Positions 12,301-23,884 of a stretch of DNA of 64,000 nt are shown piece by piece. The stretch is from contig CM120648.1 of assembly GCA_051362555.1 (NCBI GenBank), positions 18,410,587 through 18,474,586 of the forward strand, written 5' to 3'. Positions within the stretch are counted from its first letter, which is position 1; each line of letters begins with the position of its first letter. Origin of the DNA: Lingula anatina (taxonomy: Eukaryota; Animalia; Brachiopoda). The notes beneath the pieces are model-generated. The model was not told the origin of the DNA. It did no database searches and saw nothing but the letters and a program-made list of their open reading frames with translations. Both the position numbers and the translations under genes were made by a program.

Positions 12301-15047
12301 TGGATTCTGCATTACTATCATTTCTAGTATTCATGGAGGTGGATTCTGCATTACTATCATTCCTAGTATTCATGGAGGTGGATTCTGCATTACTATCATT
12401 CCTAGTATTCATGGAGGTGGATTCTGCATTACTATCATTCCTAGTATAGATGGAGGTGGATTCTGCATTACTATCATTCCTAGTATAGATGGAGGTGGAT
12501 TCTGCATTACTATCATTCCTAGTATTCATGGAGGTGGATTCTGCATTACTATCATTCCTAGTATTCATGGAGGTGGATTCTGCATTACTATCATTCCTAG
12601 TATAGATGGAGGTGGATTCTGCATTACTATCATTCCTAGTATAGATGGAGGTGGATTCTGCATTACTATCATTCCTAGTATTCATGGAGGTGGATTCTGC
12701 ATTACTATCATTCCTAGTATTCATTGAGGTGGATTCTGCATTACTATCATTCCTAGTATTCATGGAGGTGGATTCTGCATTACTATCATTCCTAGTATTC
12801 ATGGAGGTGGATTCTGCATTACTATCATTCCTAGTATTCATGGAGGTGGATTCTGCATTACTATCATTCCTAGTATAGATGGAGGTGGATTCTGCATTAC
12901 TATCATTCCTAGTATAGATGGAGGTGGATTCTGCATTACTATCATTCCTAGTATTCATGGAGGTGGATTCTGCATTACTATCATTCCTAGTATTCATGGA
13001 GGTGGATTCTGCATTACTATCATTCCTAGTATAGATGGAGGTGGATTCTGCATTACTATCATTCCTAGTATTCATGGAGGTGGATTCTGCATTACTATCA
13101 TTCCTAGTATAGATGGAGGTGGATTCTGCATTACTATCATTCCTAGTATTCATGGAGGTGGATTCTGCATTACTATCATTCCTAGTATAGATGGAGGTGG
13201 ATTCTGCATTACTATCATTCCTAGTATTCATGGAGGTGGATTCTGCATTACTATCATTCCTAGTATAGATGGAGGTGGATTCTGCATTACTATCATTCCT
13301 AGTATTCATGGAGGTGGATTCTGCATTACTATCATTCCTAGTATTCATTGAGGTGGATTCTGCATTACTATCATTCCTAGTATTCATGGAGGTGGATTCT
13401 GCATTACTATCATTCCTAGTATTCATGGAGGTGGATTCTGCATTACTATCATTCCTAGTATAGATGGAGGTGGATTCTGCATTACTATCATTCCTAGTAT
13501 TCATGGAGGTGGATTCTGCATTACTATCATTCCTAGTATTCATGGAGGTGGATTCTGCATTACTATCATTCCTAGTATTCATGGAGGTGGATTCTGCATT
13601 ACTATCATTCCTAGTATAGATGGAGGTGGATTCTGCATTACTATCATTCCTAGTATTCATGGAGGTGGATTCTGCATTACTATCATTCCTAGTATTCATT
13701 GAGGTGGATTCTGCATTACTATCATTCCTAGTATTCATGGAGGTGGATTCTGCATTACTATCATTCCTAGTATTCATGGAGGTGGATTCTGCATTACTAT
13801 CATTCCTAGTATAGATGGAGGTGGATTCTGCATTACTATCATTCCTAGTATTCATGGAGGTGGATTCTGCATTACTATCATTCCTAGTATTCATGGAGGT
13901 GGATTCTGCATTACTATCATTCCTAGTATTCATGGAGGTGGATTCTGCATTACTATCATTCCTAGTATAGATGGAGGTGGATTCTGCATTACTATCATTC
14001 CTAGTATAGATGGAGGTGGATTCTGCATTACTATCATTCCTAGTATTCATGGAGGTGGATTCTGCATTACTATCATCTACATAAGAACAAATACATGTAC
14101 TTTATTACCAAACATTACATTTAAACCACTTTCATTATAATTAAATTTCATACCTATGAACAACTGGCTGTCGTTTCCAGCCAATTCTTTGATACCCTCT
14201 ACTGCAGTTTCTCCAATTATCTTTATTACCTGATCAGTATAAACATACAGAGATATATGTATATATAAAATATGCCTCCTGGTGATTGGACATTCCAATA
14301 GGGCATGTCTGTGAAACTCAGTGTCGACGTATTCATATTCACAGAGTCAGTCTAAGTTAATTACTCTACTTAATATCATCTTGATGTTCTTAAAGCAATT
14401 AAATATAAAACGAAGTTAGCCATTGTGCAATTTAATATACAAATTCATTTTTTTTTTTAATAAATAACAAAATAACACCTTCTTCTTCCACTCTGACAGT
14501 GGACTGGGCCCCACACCACCACCTGTCTGCCGCATTGCTGCACGGCGTTTGGCCTCTTTGCGCTTAGTGCGAGACGTGAGGTCATGCCATTTTTTCCTGA
14601 CCTCTCGGAAACTCCTCTTTATATGTGAAACACTGTTAACTCTAAAAGGAAATCATTCATAATTTTGATAAAAAAAATATATAAGAATCACCACTTTATT
14701 GCTTCATCATACTGTGCATGACCATGTCAAGATGTGTTAATAGAGAGCAATTACAATTACTTTTATTGAATAACTACAACAACATACCAAACTAAATCAT
14801 CAATAAGCAATAATTAAATATAATGGATATAATTTTAACATGGCAAAACAGACTACGATTAACAGAAAAGGACTGTTAATCATAATTATTCAACTTACTT
14901 TTCGGCAACTTCAGCCCATTGTTTTTCTTTGGACTTTAGAGTCACGGTGTTGGTGAAGGGGCTAAATACTGTAGGTCTACACGAGACCTCCTCCACCAAC
15001 ACCGCGAGCTCATCGGTTTTATAACGCTCCCTGCTGTGTTTCTCCAT
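9360..15047 (-). CDS. Harbinger accessory Myb/SANT-like DNA-binding protein (NAIF1/MSANTD-like) with a giant repeat exon; probably disrupted
   Basis: Exons 15047-14899, 14641-14479, 14229-14154, 14076-10087, 9407-9360, all GT-AG and phase-compatible. Translation MEKHSRERYKTDELAVLVEEV...KEKQWAEVAEKVNSVSHIKRSFREVRKKWHDLTSRTKRK...TGGG...VIKIIGETAVEGI, then (NDSNAESTS[MN/IY]TR)n. In-frame TAA at 11486, 10784, 10745. Confidence 0.75.
10139..14076. repeat. 39-bp minisatellite, about 101 copies
   Basis: Unit CCTAGTAT(TC/AG)ATGGAGGTGGATTCTGCATTACTATCATT, no indels seen, 3938 bp. Confidence 0.97.
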
Positions 15048-15271
15048 TTCACGTGCGATTTACTATCGTCCCTCAAAACAAAAAAGAACCGCTAGGCGTA
15101 TGTATGCGTGTGTTCGAGACTATAATTGTACTTCCGGACAGGCATTTATTGCGTTGCGTTTGCTAAGGCTTCGAGATATCAGGTGGGTGCAATCGCACTA
15201 GCAAATAGCGCACGCTAGCTATGCTATAGCGCGTGCGCAACATAGCGATCCTTTCGAGATTCTGAGCCCAG

Positions 15272-15965
15272 CTCTCTCCAACACTACGGTCCTGGCAACA
15301 AACACAGCAGACACATCAAAGCCGAATACGTCCTCACCTGTCCCGATGGCAATCACAGTGCTATCCCCGGGACAAAGTCCAATCCGGAGACCAATCGCAA
15401 CGAGCAAGGCTCACTCAAGACGATCGACACAAATGTCTCTCTAACGAAGCCTAATAAGCACTTTGTGTATCTTTACGTACAGGTAACTATCAGTCGTTAC
15501 GATGATAAATTGACGATTACTTTGAGATCTCACCTTGTAGAAGGGTGTGACTGGTTGAAAATCCGTTCCCTCCCATACGGTGGATGGAATGTGCTATTGT
15601 TCAACTGAGAAGTACAGTCACCGTTTGTTTGCTATCTACCCAAGATCTCCGTAAAGTTCAAAAGATCGTCAATATCGTTGAAAACAGGAAAAGCTGAATC
15701 CTGTCGACTGCGCCATTTGTAACCGAGTATCACAACAAACATCGACTGAATCTCAGAAGAATCAGCTTCTTTATTCCTGTACATACATACATGCCAACGT
15801 GACAGTGTGAGTAAAAATAACTCAAGAATACTGTTGGGCGGGTAATTTATATTTCCCGCTCACGTGACTAACAAAGCTCACGTGACCGCCAAAAGGGCAG
15901 TGTGGTAGATAAAGTAATAAAACTTGCTGGTTCAATTTTTTTTATTATTATTTCACAGTTTTACA
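15272..15965 (-). mobile_element. 5' remnant of LTR retrotransposon: LTR 15965-15718, tRNA-Ser PBS, leader
   Basis: On -, TGTAA...AATAAA...TTACA (248 bp) is followed after 2 nt by TGGCGCAGTCGACAGGATTC, complementary to a tRNA-Ser 3' end (..GAATCCTACCGACTGCG-CCA type). Confidence 0.65.
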
Positions 15966-16204
15966 TTACTTCCACGTGTGTGTATCACAACTCCGCATGG
16001 ATTTCCCTCTCTAACATGGAAAACACGTGTGCCAATAAACATGTTAGAACTCCGCATGGAGTCCACACTCTCCAACCTTTTAGAACTACTCACTTTTTTT
16101 ACACTAGAGGGACCCACTGTATAGTCACCTCTAACACAATTGGTTTCACCATACAACAATATTTGACAGGCGGGAATGCTTTCGTAATGTTTCACCCTAT
16201 TACA

Positions 16205-16313
16205 TGTGTACTGTGTACCTTGATAACCCTAGCTGTCTCTTCCATGTCTCCCAGGTCAATGTGTGTGTGTGTGTACTTTGATAACCCTAGCTGTCTCTTC
16301 CATGTCTCCCAGC

Positions 16314-16366
<53 letters not shown>

Positions 16367-16412
16367 ACTGTGTACCTTGATAACTCTAGCTGTCTCCTCC
16401 ATGTCTCTCAGA
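16205..16412. repeat. Three ~60-bp direct repeats with embedded (TG)n microsatellite
   Basis: TTGATAACCCTAGCTGTCTCTTCCATGTCTC occurs three times; (TG)n at 16318-16362. Confidence 0.8.
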
Positions 16413-16782
16413 TCAGCTACTGTGTACACATGGTTTGGCTCAGGTGCCGGAGATAACTTGTTACACTCTGCGATGACCTGAAGCCGTCATTATGGAAAAA
16501 ATGCAACAGACACTCAACTGTTCAAATTGCAATACCAATAAGTAAATTACAGAGCAGCTTTTGTAAAGGAAAATAAAATCGTTAATTTTTTTAACAATGT
16601 TTATTCGAAAGAAATGGAGGCAAAGCGCTAAAAGCATTAGATTCAAAGATTTCAGTATTGGAACAATACAAAATGCAATGCAAAATCGTTAATAAAGCAT
16701 ATTTTCTAAGATACGAAGTTCAAAGCTGATATTTGAAGGTTGACCTTCCCTCACGTGTCTTAATTTATTACCGGTAACTGAC

Positions 16783-17514
16783 CTTTTTTAGGAGGTTTTC
16801 TCTGCGCGCCGTCAAAACAATGTTTGCTCCCATCTTGGCGAAATGATACGCCACCTGTTCTCCAATTCCAGAGGACGCCCCGGTAATGAGCACTCTCTTG
16901 CCTCTCACCATGGCTGTGATAAAACCGATATGCTTATATCAGCCTATTATCATTTTGATTTCTGTTACAAATCTGGAAATTTAATAAAGCACTGGTATTT
17001 TTTTTTAAGTCATGTGTAGTGGCAAAGTTTCATGTGGCTTTATCTTGGGCAGAAGACGTTGATTGTGGTTATGATTTTGAAGACAAGGAAAGAAATGGTA
17101 GGCCTACATGTACGAAATTCATGCGTTAGCACTCCTTTTTTCGGCTTAATGTATGTGTTTTCTGGTTGTGTTTACGTTGTTTAGCGCGGAGAGTGAGAGA
17201 GAAAGAGAGAGAGAGAAAGAGAGAGAGAGTTGTACACAAAATATGAACGACTTGCGTTTTTGTCAGCATCACCAAACTAAGTTGATCTAACTAAAGTCAT
17301 TAATCGTTTACGCACACACAGATTACAAATATCAGTCCCATTTCAACCGTGTAGAGTACAGTAGACTATATGAACATGTACATCAGACTTAGATAAGGAC
17401 CTGCAAAGACCGGTCATGCTCACCGGGATCAAAATCATCCACGTAGAGGGTGGCGATGTTGACGGCAGTCACAGTGAGGAGGACAGCAAACAGTGTTTTT
17501 GTCATGGAACCCAT
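16783..17514 (-). CDS. HSD11B1L: 11-beta-hydroxysteroid dehydrogenase 1-like SDR, coding exons 1 (17514-17424) and 2 (16913-16783); remainder left of the window
   Basis: MGSMTKTLFAVLLTVTAVNIATLYVDDFDP|AMVRGKRVLITGASSGIGEQVAYHFAKMGANIVLTARRENLLKK: hydrophobic N-terminus, DDFDP and the TGxxxGIG Rossmann motif. Phase-1 junction G|GTGAG..CACAG|CC; donor AAG|GTCAGT. Not in the ORF track. Confidence 0.8.
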
Positions 17515-17565
17515 GTTGAAATATTTCTCACTTCCAGTTCTCAAACAAAGAGCATAGGCCTACCA

Positions 17566-18312
17566 GTACGTGATACCCTCTGCATCCCTGAGTGACCTTT
17601 TAATGTATTCCCGGCCTACTCCCCGTTCTACCAGTAGCATTGAGACCTATCGTTATTAAACTATGAACATAACATTACTGATTAGGTACGCGATAGCCTC
17701 TGCATCCCCGAGTGACCTTTTAATGTATTGAGACCATTCATTAGAGACCTATCATTATTAAACTATGAACATAACATTACTGATTAGGTACGCGATAGCC
17801 TCTGCATCCCCGAGTGACCTTTTAATGTATTGAGACCATTCATTAGAGACCTATCATTATTAAACTATGAACATAACATTACTGATTAGGTACGCGATAG
17901 CCTCTGCATCCCCGAGTGACCTTTTAATGTATTGAGACCATTCATTAGAGACCTATCATTATTAAACTATGAACATAACATTACTGATTAGGTACGCGAT
18001 AGCCTCTGCATCCCCGAGTGACCTTTTAATGTATTGAGACCATTCATTAGAGACCTATCATTATTAAACTATGAACATAACATTACTGATTAGGTACGCG
18101 ATAGCCTCTGCATCCCCGAGTGACCTTTTAATGTATTGAGACCATTCATTAGAGACCTATCATTATTAAACTATGAACATAACATTACTGATTAGGTACG
18201 CGATAGCCTCTGCATCCCTGAGTGACCTTTTAATGTATTCCCGGCCTACTCCCCGTTCTACTAGTAGCATTGAGACCTATCATTATTAAACTATGAACAT
18301 AACATTACTGAT
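17566..18312. repeat. Tandem repeat, 7 units (inner five 102 bp, outer two 120-bp type), directly upstream of the HSD11B1L-like ATG
   Basis: TGACCTTTT recurs at 17593, 17713, 17815, 17917, 18019, 18121, 18223. Confidence 0.92.
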
Positions 18313-18924
18313 CAGGTCAGGTTAGTACATAAGATAACAGGTACGTGTGAGGTACACTGGCTGACAGGAGTCTAAAGTCGATAATACTGAGGGCTTGTAC
18401 AGGGGGGGGGGGGGATAAGACTGGGTCTGCTGTGTTAAATCCTATATAGGCACATTCAACTGAAACACTTATCATACATATTATTTAGATATTTATATTT
18501 TTATAATGAATACTGCGGATATTAAGAGGACACGAGACATTCACTTACACTTAACATTTAAAAGGTTAAATAAATAAGACTGAAGTAGCCTATACATGTG
18601 GCTAGAAACAAACGGTGGTATGGAAGTGTTAGGTGATCATCATGTACGTGTTGCCTACACACAGACACTTGTCTTGTGCGTTCTTGTTTATGTTTTCTGG
18701 TTCAGACAGGACAGCCGGTAATTAAGGGGATATGTATAGACAGTTCAAAATGAGAGAACGATGTTATACACAGTCTCAAAGCGTTTGATTTTGAAGAACT
18801 ATAAAACTTTTTCAAATTCATAACAATTTACCACTACACACACTGCTGGCAGCATTAAGTGTAATACCAGTACATAAGGTCTGCATTAGCATCCCTGCTT
18901 TGGCCAGGTCAGTACATTTAAGAC

Positions 18925-19178
18925 TGGGTTCCCATACCTAGACTGATCTAACAGGATCGATCCATCTCCACGGGGTTTCTCGCTTAAATTGCTTACAGCT
19001 TAAACGGCTTAGGTGTCTGGGACCCCTCCAAAGCTGCTAAACAATAGTTAATTACCCCCTATCAGCTTCAGTAGGCGTGACAGACATTTAAGCCGCTTAA
19101 GTTAATTGCAATTGAGTGAGAATCCCCATGGAGAAAGTTCGATCCAAAGTTAGTACAATAGGGTCTGGGAATGGTCTC
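18925..19178. mobile_element. Degenerate palindromic MITE (same family as 30055-30268)
   Basis: Imperfect inverted arms (TTCCCA..GGATCGA..CTCCACGGGG / CCCCATGGAG..TCGATCC..TGGGAA). Core GTTAATTAC..CAGCTT..AGTAGGCG..GACATTTAAGCCG is shared with the 30 kb copy. Confidence 0.55.
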
Positions 19179-19717
19179 TTATACCAGTACACAAGCTCGA
19201 TGGTTGTGTTGTAGCAAGTTCATTTTATTTGTATGCTATCATTACTGTGGAGTAAAATAAAATAAAGATGTTTTGGGTGATCTGTCTTTTCCTGATATGC
19301 GAGGTAGGTGATCAAAATCTTAAGGGAAAACAGAAGCTTTATTTGTTTTTCAACATTATTTAAGGTTGCCTACTAAATGTGACGATGGTATTGACTTCTG
19401 TCTTTTGCTGACAAATACCACTCAGTTATAGTCGTTCTTATTATTTATTTACTACTTCCCTGTTGTTACTCGTGCCGCTTCCAACATTTCTATTTCTACC
19501 TCTTGCAATCTTTAGCGGCCTTCTCTACGTTTACCTTACATTATAAATACCATAAGATCATGTCAATCAACTCAAGTTACTCTACAAAACACTCCCCGCT
19601 CCTGTCAATTACTAACATTACATAAATTGCATCAGTTATTCTAAAAGATCGAGGGTCTTGTAAATAAAAACGGCCATCAGCGGCTGAGTTTTGAAGATGA
19701 AACTTGTGTATGTCTTA

Positions 19718-20019
19718 GGAAGCATTCACATCGAGAAGAGCCGAGGTCTAACAAGGCCGCGACCTACATGAAAGGGAAATCGCTTAATCCTGTAATGTTC
19801 TCTCCGCCTCTCACACGGCTTAGGACCACGCGTCGTCCCTCGACCGGTTGAAGTATGCCGAGATTGAATTAGAGTGCCCCTGCAGGGACGACGCGCGGGG
19901 AGGAGTGTGAGAAGGCAGAGAAACTATTAATGAATCAAGCGTTCTTCCTTTCATGTAGAACCGCCATATTTAGGTCGCAGCCTTACTAGACCTCGGCTCT
20001 TCTCGATGTGAAAGCTCCC
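19718..20019. mobile_element. Tourist/Harbinger-type MITE, 302 bp, TTA TSD
   Basis: GGAAGCATTCACATCGAGAAGAGCCGAGGTCTA ... TAGACCTCGGCTCTTCTCGATGTGAAAGCTCCC; TTA at 19715-19717 and 20020-20022. Confidence 0.8.
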
Positions 20020-20318
20020 TTAAATTGTTGCTTCTAGTGTGCATTAGGAGACATAAAGGACACACACGTCATCAAAGCTAGGGATTTAATCTCGGCTCCG
20101 ATGTTTAATTGCTAGGCCCCTGCAGCAACGGCGCATGTGGAGGCGGGGAGACCGTCGAGAATCAGCGGCAGCTCTTGTGAAGTGTGGTCGGCCATATTTA
20201 GTCGGCGGATCAGTTAATACTCGGATCATCTTTTCTGAATGGAGTCTTTATCTGTGTTTGTTATTCAACTTCTATTGAAGTGCCTAGACTCATATTTTGT
20301 AACTTACATCATAAGATA

Positions 20319-20500
20319 CAGTGGCGGATTTACATGTAGAGGGGAGGGTTAGGGGGACCTAACACCCCCTTCCGTTTCTCAAAAAAAAATAACACTATTA
20401 TTCCACCCTTGAAATTAGAGTTTTAACTAGCTGATTTATAGTCCTTAACCGTTTCAAATGGAACCGTTTCACCTTCAAAACACCAACATATTTTGAGGCA
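20319..20500 (+). mobile_element. hAT-like MITE fragment (related copy at 50790-51040)
   Basis: CAGTGGCGGATTT start and shared core CTTGAAATTAGA..TTT.ACTAGCTGA.TTATAGT. Confidence 0.5.
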
Positions 20501-21699
20501 CTTTAGCGGGCACAAACTAAATCTCAGCACAAAACAAAGTCACGGAACGTTCCGTGTCGTCTTCTATTTAAAACAAGGCCTCGTGAACGTCGTGAACTTC
20601 AACGCTGAAGATATAATAAGACCATGTTCGGGACTGGCGTTGCGCGAGATGAAATAATAGGGCATCAGGGCTATCGATTGTAACTGCAGATGTAAATATG
20701 TACAACCAAACTGGCCCTTTGCGTGATAAGGTAGAAGGTTTCCATTTTATTTCAAATCTACCAATGAAGCTTCTGCGGCTCCGTGTAATTCCACTGTCTT
20801 AACACAGCTAGCTTACCGCGGTACATGTATAGCCTTGTACGCGGGTTTTTATGCAGTATTTTTTCTAGATTTTTTTCCTGAAAATTGCATTAAGAAGTAA
20901 AACTTATATTAGGTGGGCGGGTGGGTCAGGCACAGTGCTGTCGTTGGCGTGCACGGGTGCAGGAAAAAACAGTCCGTTACAGCAACGACCTGGCCCTGCA
21001 ATCGAGAAGTCACGGGGAAAAAAGCCAATGGTTTAGAATAAGTGATCGATTTGACAACAAATTATTACTGGTCATTATCTTAAAGGATTCCTTTCTCTTC
21101 AAATTTGGCTTTAGAATATTAAAGTTTATTATTTAGTTTGATTTAGATTCTTTGGAATGGTGTCTGATGACATCGGTAGGCCCCTACTATTGTTTCACAA
21201 GTTTATTCCTTTCTCTTCAGTTTTAAAGTCTTTAAAATGATGTTCAGGTGGGGATGGTCATAGTTCTCCATCCTTTACCAGCTACGCCACAGATCAAACT
21301 TCAATGGAGTCAATAGCAGATCCGGCATGGCGGCATGCATGTCATAGGCCTACTGCCCTTTCAACAAAAGCAAGAAGTTTTTTTTTTTTTCAAAAGTCAG
21401 GTCGCCACTATTGTTTAACCCAAACATGTTATTGCTTTTTTCATGCCCATCCCCCGTCGTAAGGAATAGTTTTTTCACGTTCCTTAAATAATACAAGTTT
21501 TCGTTTTAATTGAAAAATTCGGACACCCTATGAAACTACCATGTTGCTATTGAGCGATCGACAGAAACGTATTATTCTCATCTAAATCGTTAACTTTAGG
21601 CACCTAACCTGAAATATTCGAAAGGTTAACCTTTCTCGCTGATAACAATACATCCATGGTTTAATAATTTTACTTGCTATCAAAAATACCCAACAATAA

Positions 21700-21923
21700 A
21701 CACGAGCATAAAAATCCCGCAGACTACACTCTCTCCCCGAATGCACATGCGTACAACTTTTCGTAGCGACTTACAACATGTCGGAGGCAGTTGTAAATTT
21801 ACGTGCATATTTACAAGCGTTTGTAACTTACAAAACTTCCAAAATACCAACTGACAAGAACGATCGGACTTACGTGAAAAGTTACAAGAATTTGTAAGTT
21901 ACAACCTTTCGAGAATACGGCAC
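21700..21923 (-). mobile_element. Harbinger-like terminal fragment
   Basis: End CCTTTCGAGAATACGGCAC+CAG resembles the 15250-15271 end; subterminal ACTTACAA repeats; partner end not found. Confidence 0.35.
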
Positions 21924-22669
21924 CAGTTCTTAATAGATGGCGCAGCGAGTAGTTTTTAGAGGACATTGTGTTTTCGGTGCAAAGATGAAAAACCACCTTC
22001 GTCAGGGTTTACAATTGTCTTTTTTATGGATTATGCGATATATTTCTATTTTTTTCTTTTTACCTACACAGTTTGGCAATTTTTTTTTCTCCTTGATTAC
22101 ATCGGCTTATAGAAATATAAATTAATTTTTTTGAAAAAATAAATGTAATTTTGAATTTTTACAAGTGTTAATTTCTATAAACATGTATGATCAGGCTATT
22201 TTTAAATAAAAGAGAAAAATAACAGGAATAAAAGTTTCAGCAGAGTTTCGTTTTGTTGATATCGAATAAGAATTAAAAAATAATGGGGAATATTTACTGG
22301 TCGTTGATGCTGTTTCCCCTCTCAAGCTCTGGCTAAGCGTAGTGGAAACCAGGGGGCCAATTCCATAAGAGCATTCTAATTTAGCATGATACTAGGTCTT
22401 AGAATGATTCTAAATCCCTAGGTGTATACTTGTTAGCAATCAACTAATTTCTATTCCATAAAACCATACAAAGAATCATTCTTACTAGTAGTTTGCTAAG
22501 ATTTGGCTAGAATGGTGTCTTCATAGGAAAACCACAAAACCACAGGGTCAGTTTCGCCAAACAATAGGCTGTGACAGGGTGAAAGTTGAACTGAGTGCAG
22601 GCTGAGGGAAGTAGTGGTCAAGGCATTCCCATGTATTCTATAAAAGCCCTATACAGAAAGTGGTCAAAA

Positions 22670-22935
22670 TAGCAACTTCAGCTTCAGGAAAGATACAACG
22701 AAAGCCAAATTATTCCACACACGAAAATCTCTTTATAGCCAAATGCTATGAGGAATTTAAGGACTCATTAGATAATCAAAACAAGGATGCCAGCACCAAT
22801 GCTAGGAAAAATAAAGCTTGTTAAAGCAAACTGAATCAGCACAAGGCAAGGTTTCCTAATGTTTTGAGATCTTTGGAAGACTTGAAGACAAAACTCTCCA
22901 AACTAAAAATGGAATCTCGTGCAAACAAAAAAATA
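22670..22935 (+). pseudogene. Harbinger Myb/SANT-like gene remnant
   Basis: ATSASGKIQRKPNYSTHENLFIAKCYEEFKDSLDNQNKDASTNARKNKAC*...RSLEDLKTKLSKLKMESR, with an in-frame stop. Confidence 0.6.
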
Positions 22936-23229
22936 TTGAAATTGGAAATTGAACTTTTGGAACATAACTTAATGCAAGCACACATAAAGATGACACTGAC
23001 CATTTATTATCACTGTATTTCAGTTTGTAAGCAATACCATTTATCCACTGTCTGTAAAATAATTCTTAATGTAAATTGTAGGACATTTGCCTAAAACATT
23101 AAATCTGGTGTCAGATCATTAAATACAATGTTCTTTCTTATTTCATTCTCTCAAGCAAGAGTAAAGTTTAGGATCTATTTTGTATAAGTAATGCACGTAC
23201 TCTGTGTCTATTTAACTGTAATAAGGTAA

Positions 23230-23380
23230 TAAGGCATGGTTTCTCCCGGTAGGGTGGGTAATGTCATTTTTTGACAATGTCAGTTTTCAGCAAAATGCCT
23301 TCTCTGGGAAATCTGTATCTTTTTACAAGTTCCACATCATCAAAAATGTTCAACGTATTCCTATCCCGAAACACTCTCCT
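23230..23380 (-). pseudogene. HARBI1-like transposase N-terminal remnant
   Basis: RRVFRDRNTLNIFDDVELVKRYRFPREGILLKTDIVK, frameshift, NDITHPTGRNHAL. Confidence 0.65.
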
Positions 23381-23884
23381 AGACATATCTGTTAAATATA
23401 TCCCGACCTTTCTTTTCTTTTTTAAATTATATAATCTTATATAGAAATGAAAAAATGGGTTAAGGAATCAAAGCCGAAAACCTATTGAATGATCAGAGAG
23501 AGAGAGAGAAAGTGTAGGTGTTTTGCTTTACAAATATCCCTAAGTAATATAATCTTATAGGCCTATAAAAATGAATTAAATGATTACCCATGATATGATA
23601 GCTTTTTGTAAGATAAGAGAGAGAGAGAGAGAGAGCCGGGGCGGAATTTTGCTGGAATTTTTGGTGAACTTGACCTGGGTGTGGTGTGAAAAAAATGGAC
23701 ATCGGACTCAGGTCGGACTTGAAGAACAAAACAAACAAGCACAAAAGAAGCACGAGCGTAATCTCCTCTCAACTCATCTAACACACTCACGTGGTCAAAT
23801 GCACCCCAGGTCAGCCTCCGGGGGTCATGTAGATACACCCCCGCACCGATAATCCCCTTTGGTAATTTTTTGTATTATGCGCAT

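Larger units (their letters stand above)
9349..15268 (-). mobile_element. PIF/Harbinger element (one end), interrupted by Kolobok
   Basis: Contains the Myb/SANT gene. Terminus reads GGCTCAGAATCTCGAAAGG on -, flanked by CAG (15269-15271), a CWG-type Harbinger target. No transposase or second TIR in the window. Confidence 0.55.
22353..23380. mobile_element. Internally deleted Harbinger element
   Basis: CAG|GGGGCCAATTCCATAAG terminus; Myb remnant on + and HARBI1-type transposase N-terminal remnant on -. Confidence 0.65.

Noticed and set aside
10106-12727. 873-aa plus-strand ORF (GGGFCITIIPSI repeats) and MEVDSALLSFLV ORFs
   Set aside because: By-products of a stop-free 39-bp unit; only the minus frame is linked to splice sites and a recognisable gene.
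11486-14050. Secreted mucin or N-glycosylated protein (NDS sequons in every unit)
   Set aside because: No signal peptide; the N-terminus is a nuclear Myb/SANT domain.
10139-14076. CRISPR array
   Set aside because: Units are contiguous with no unique spacers, there are no cas genes, and the context is eukaryotic.
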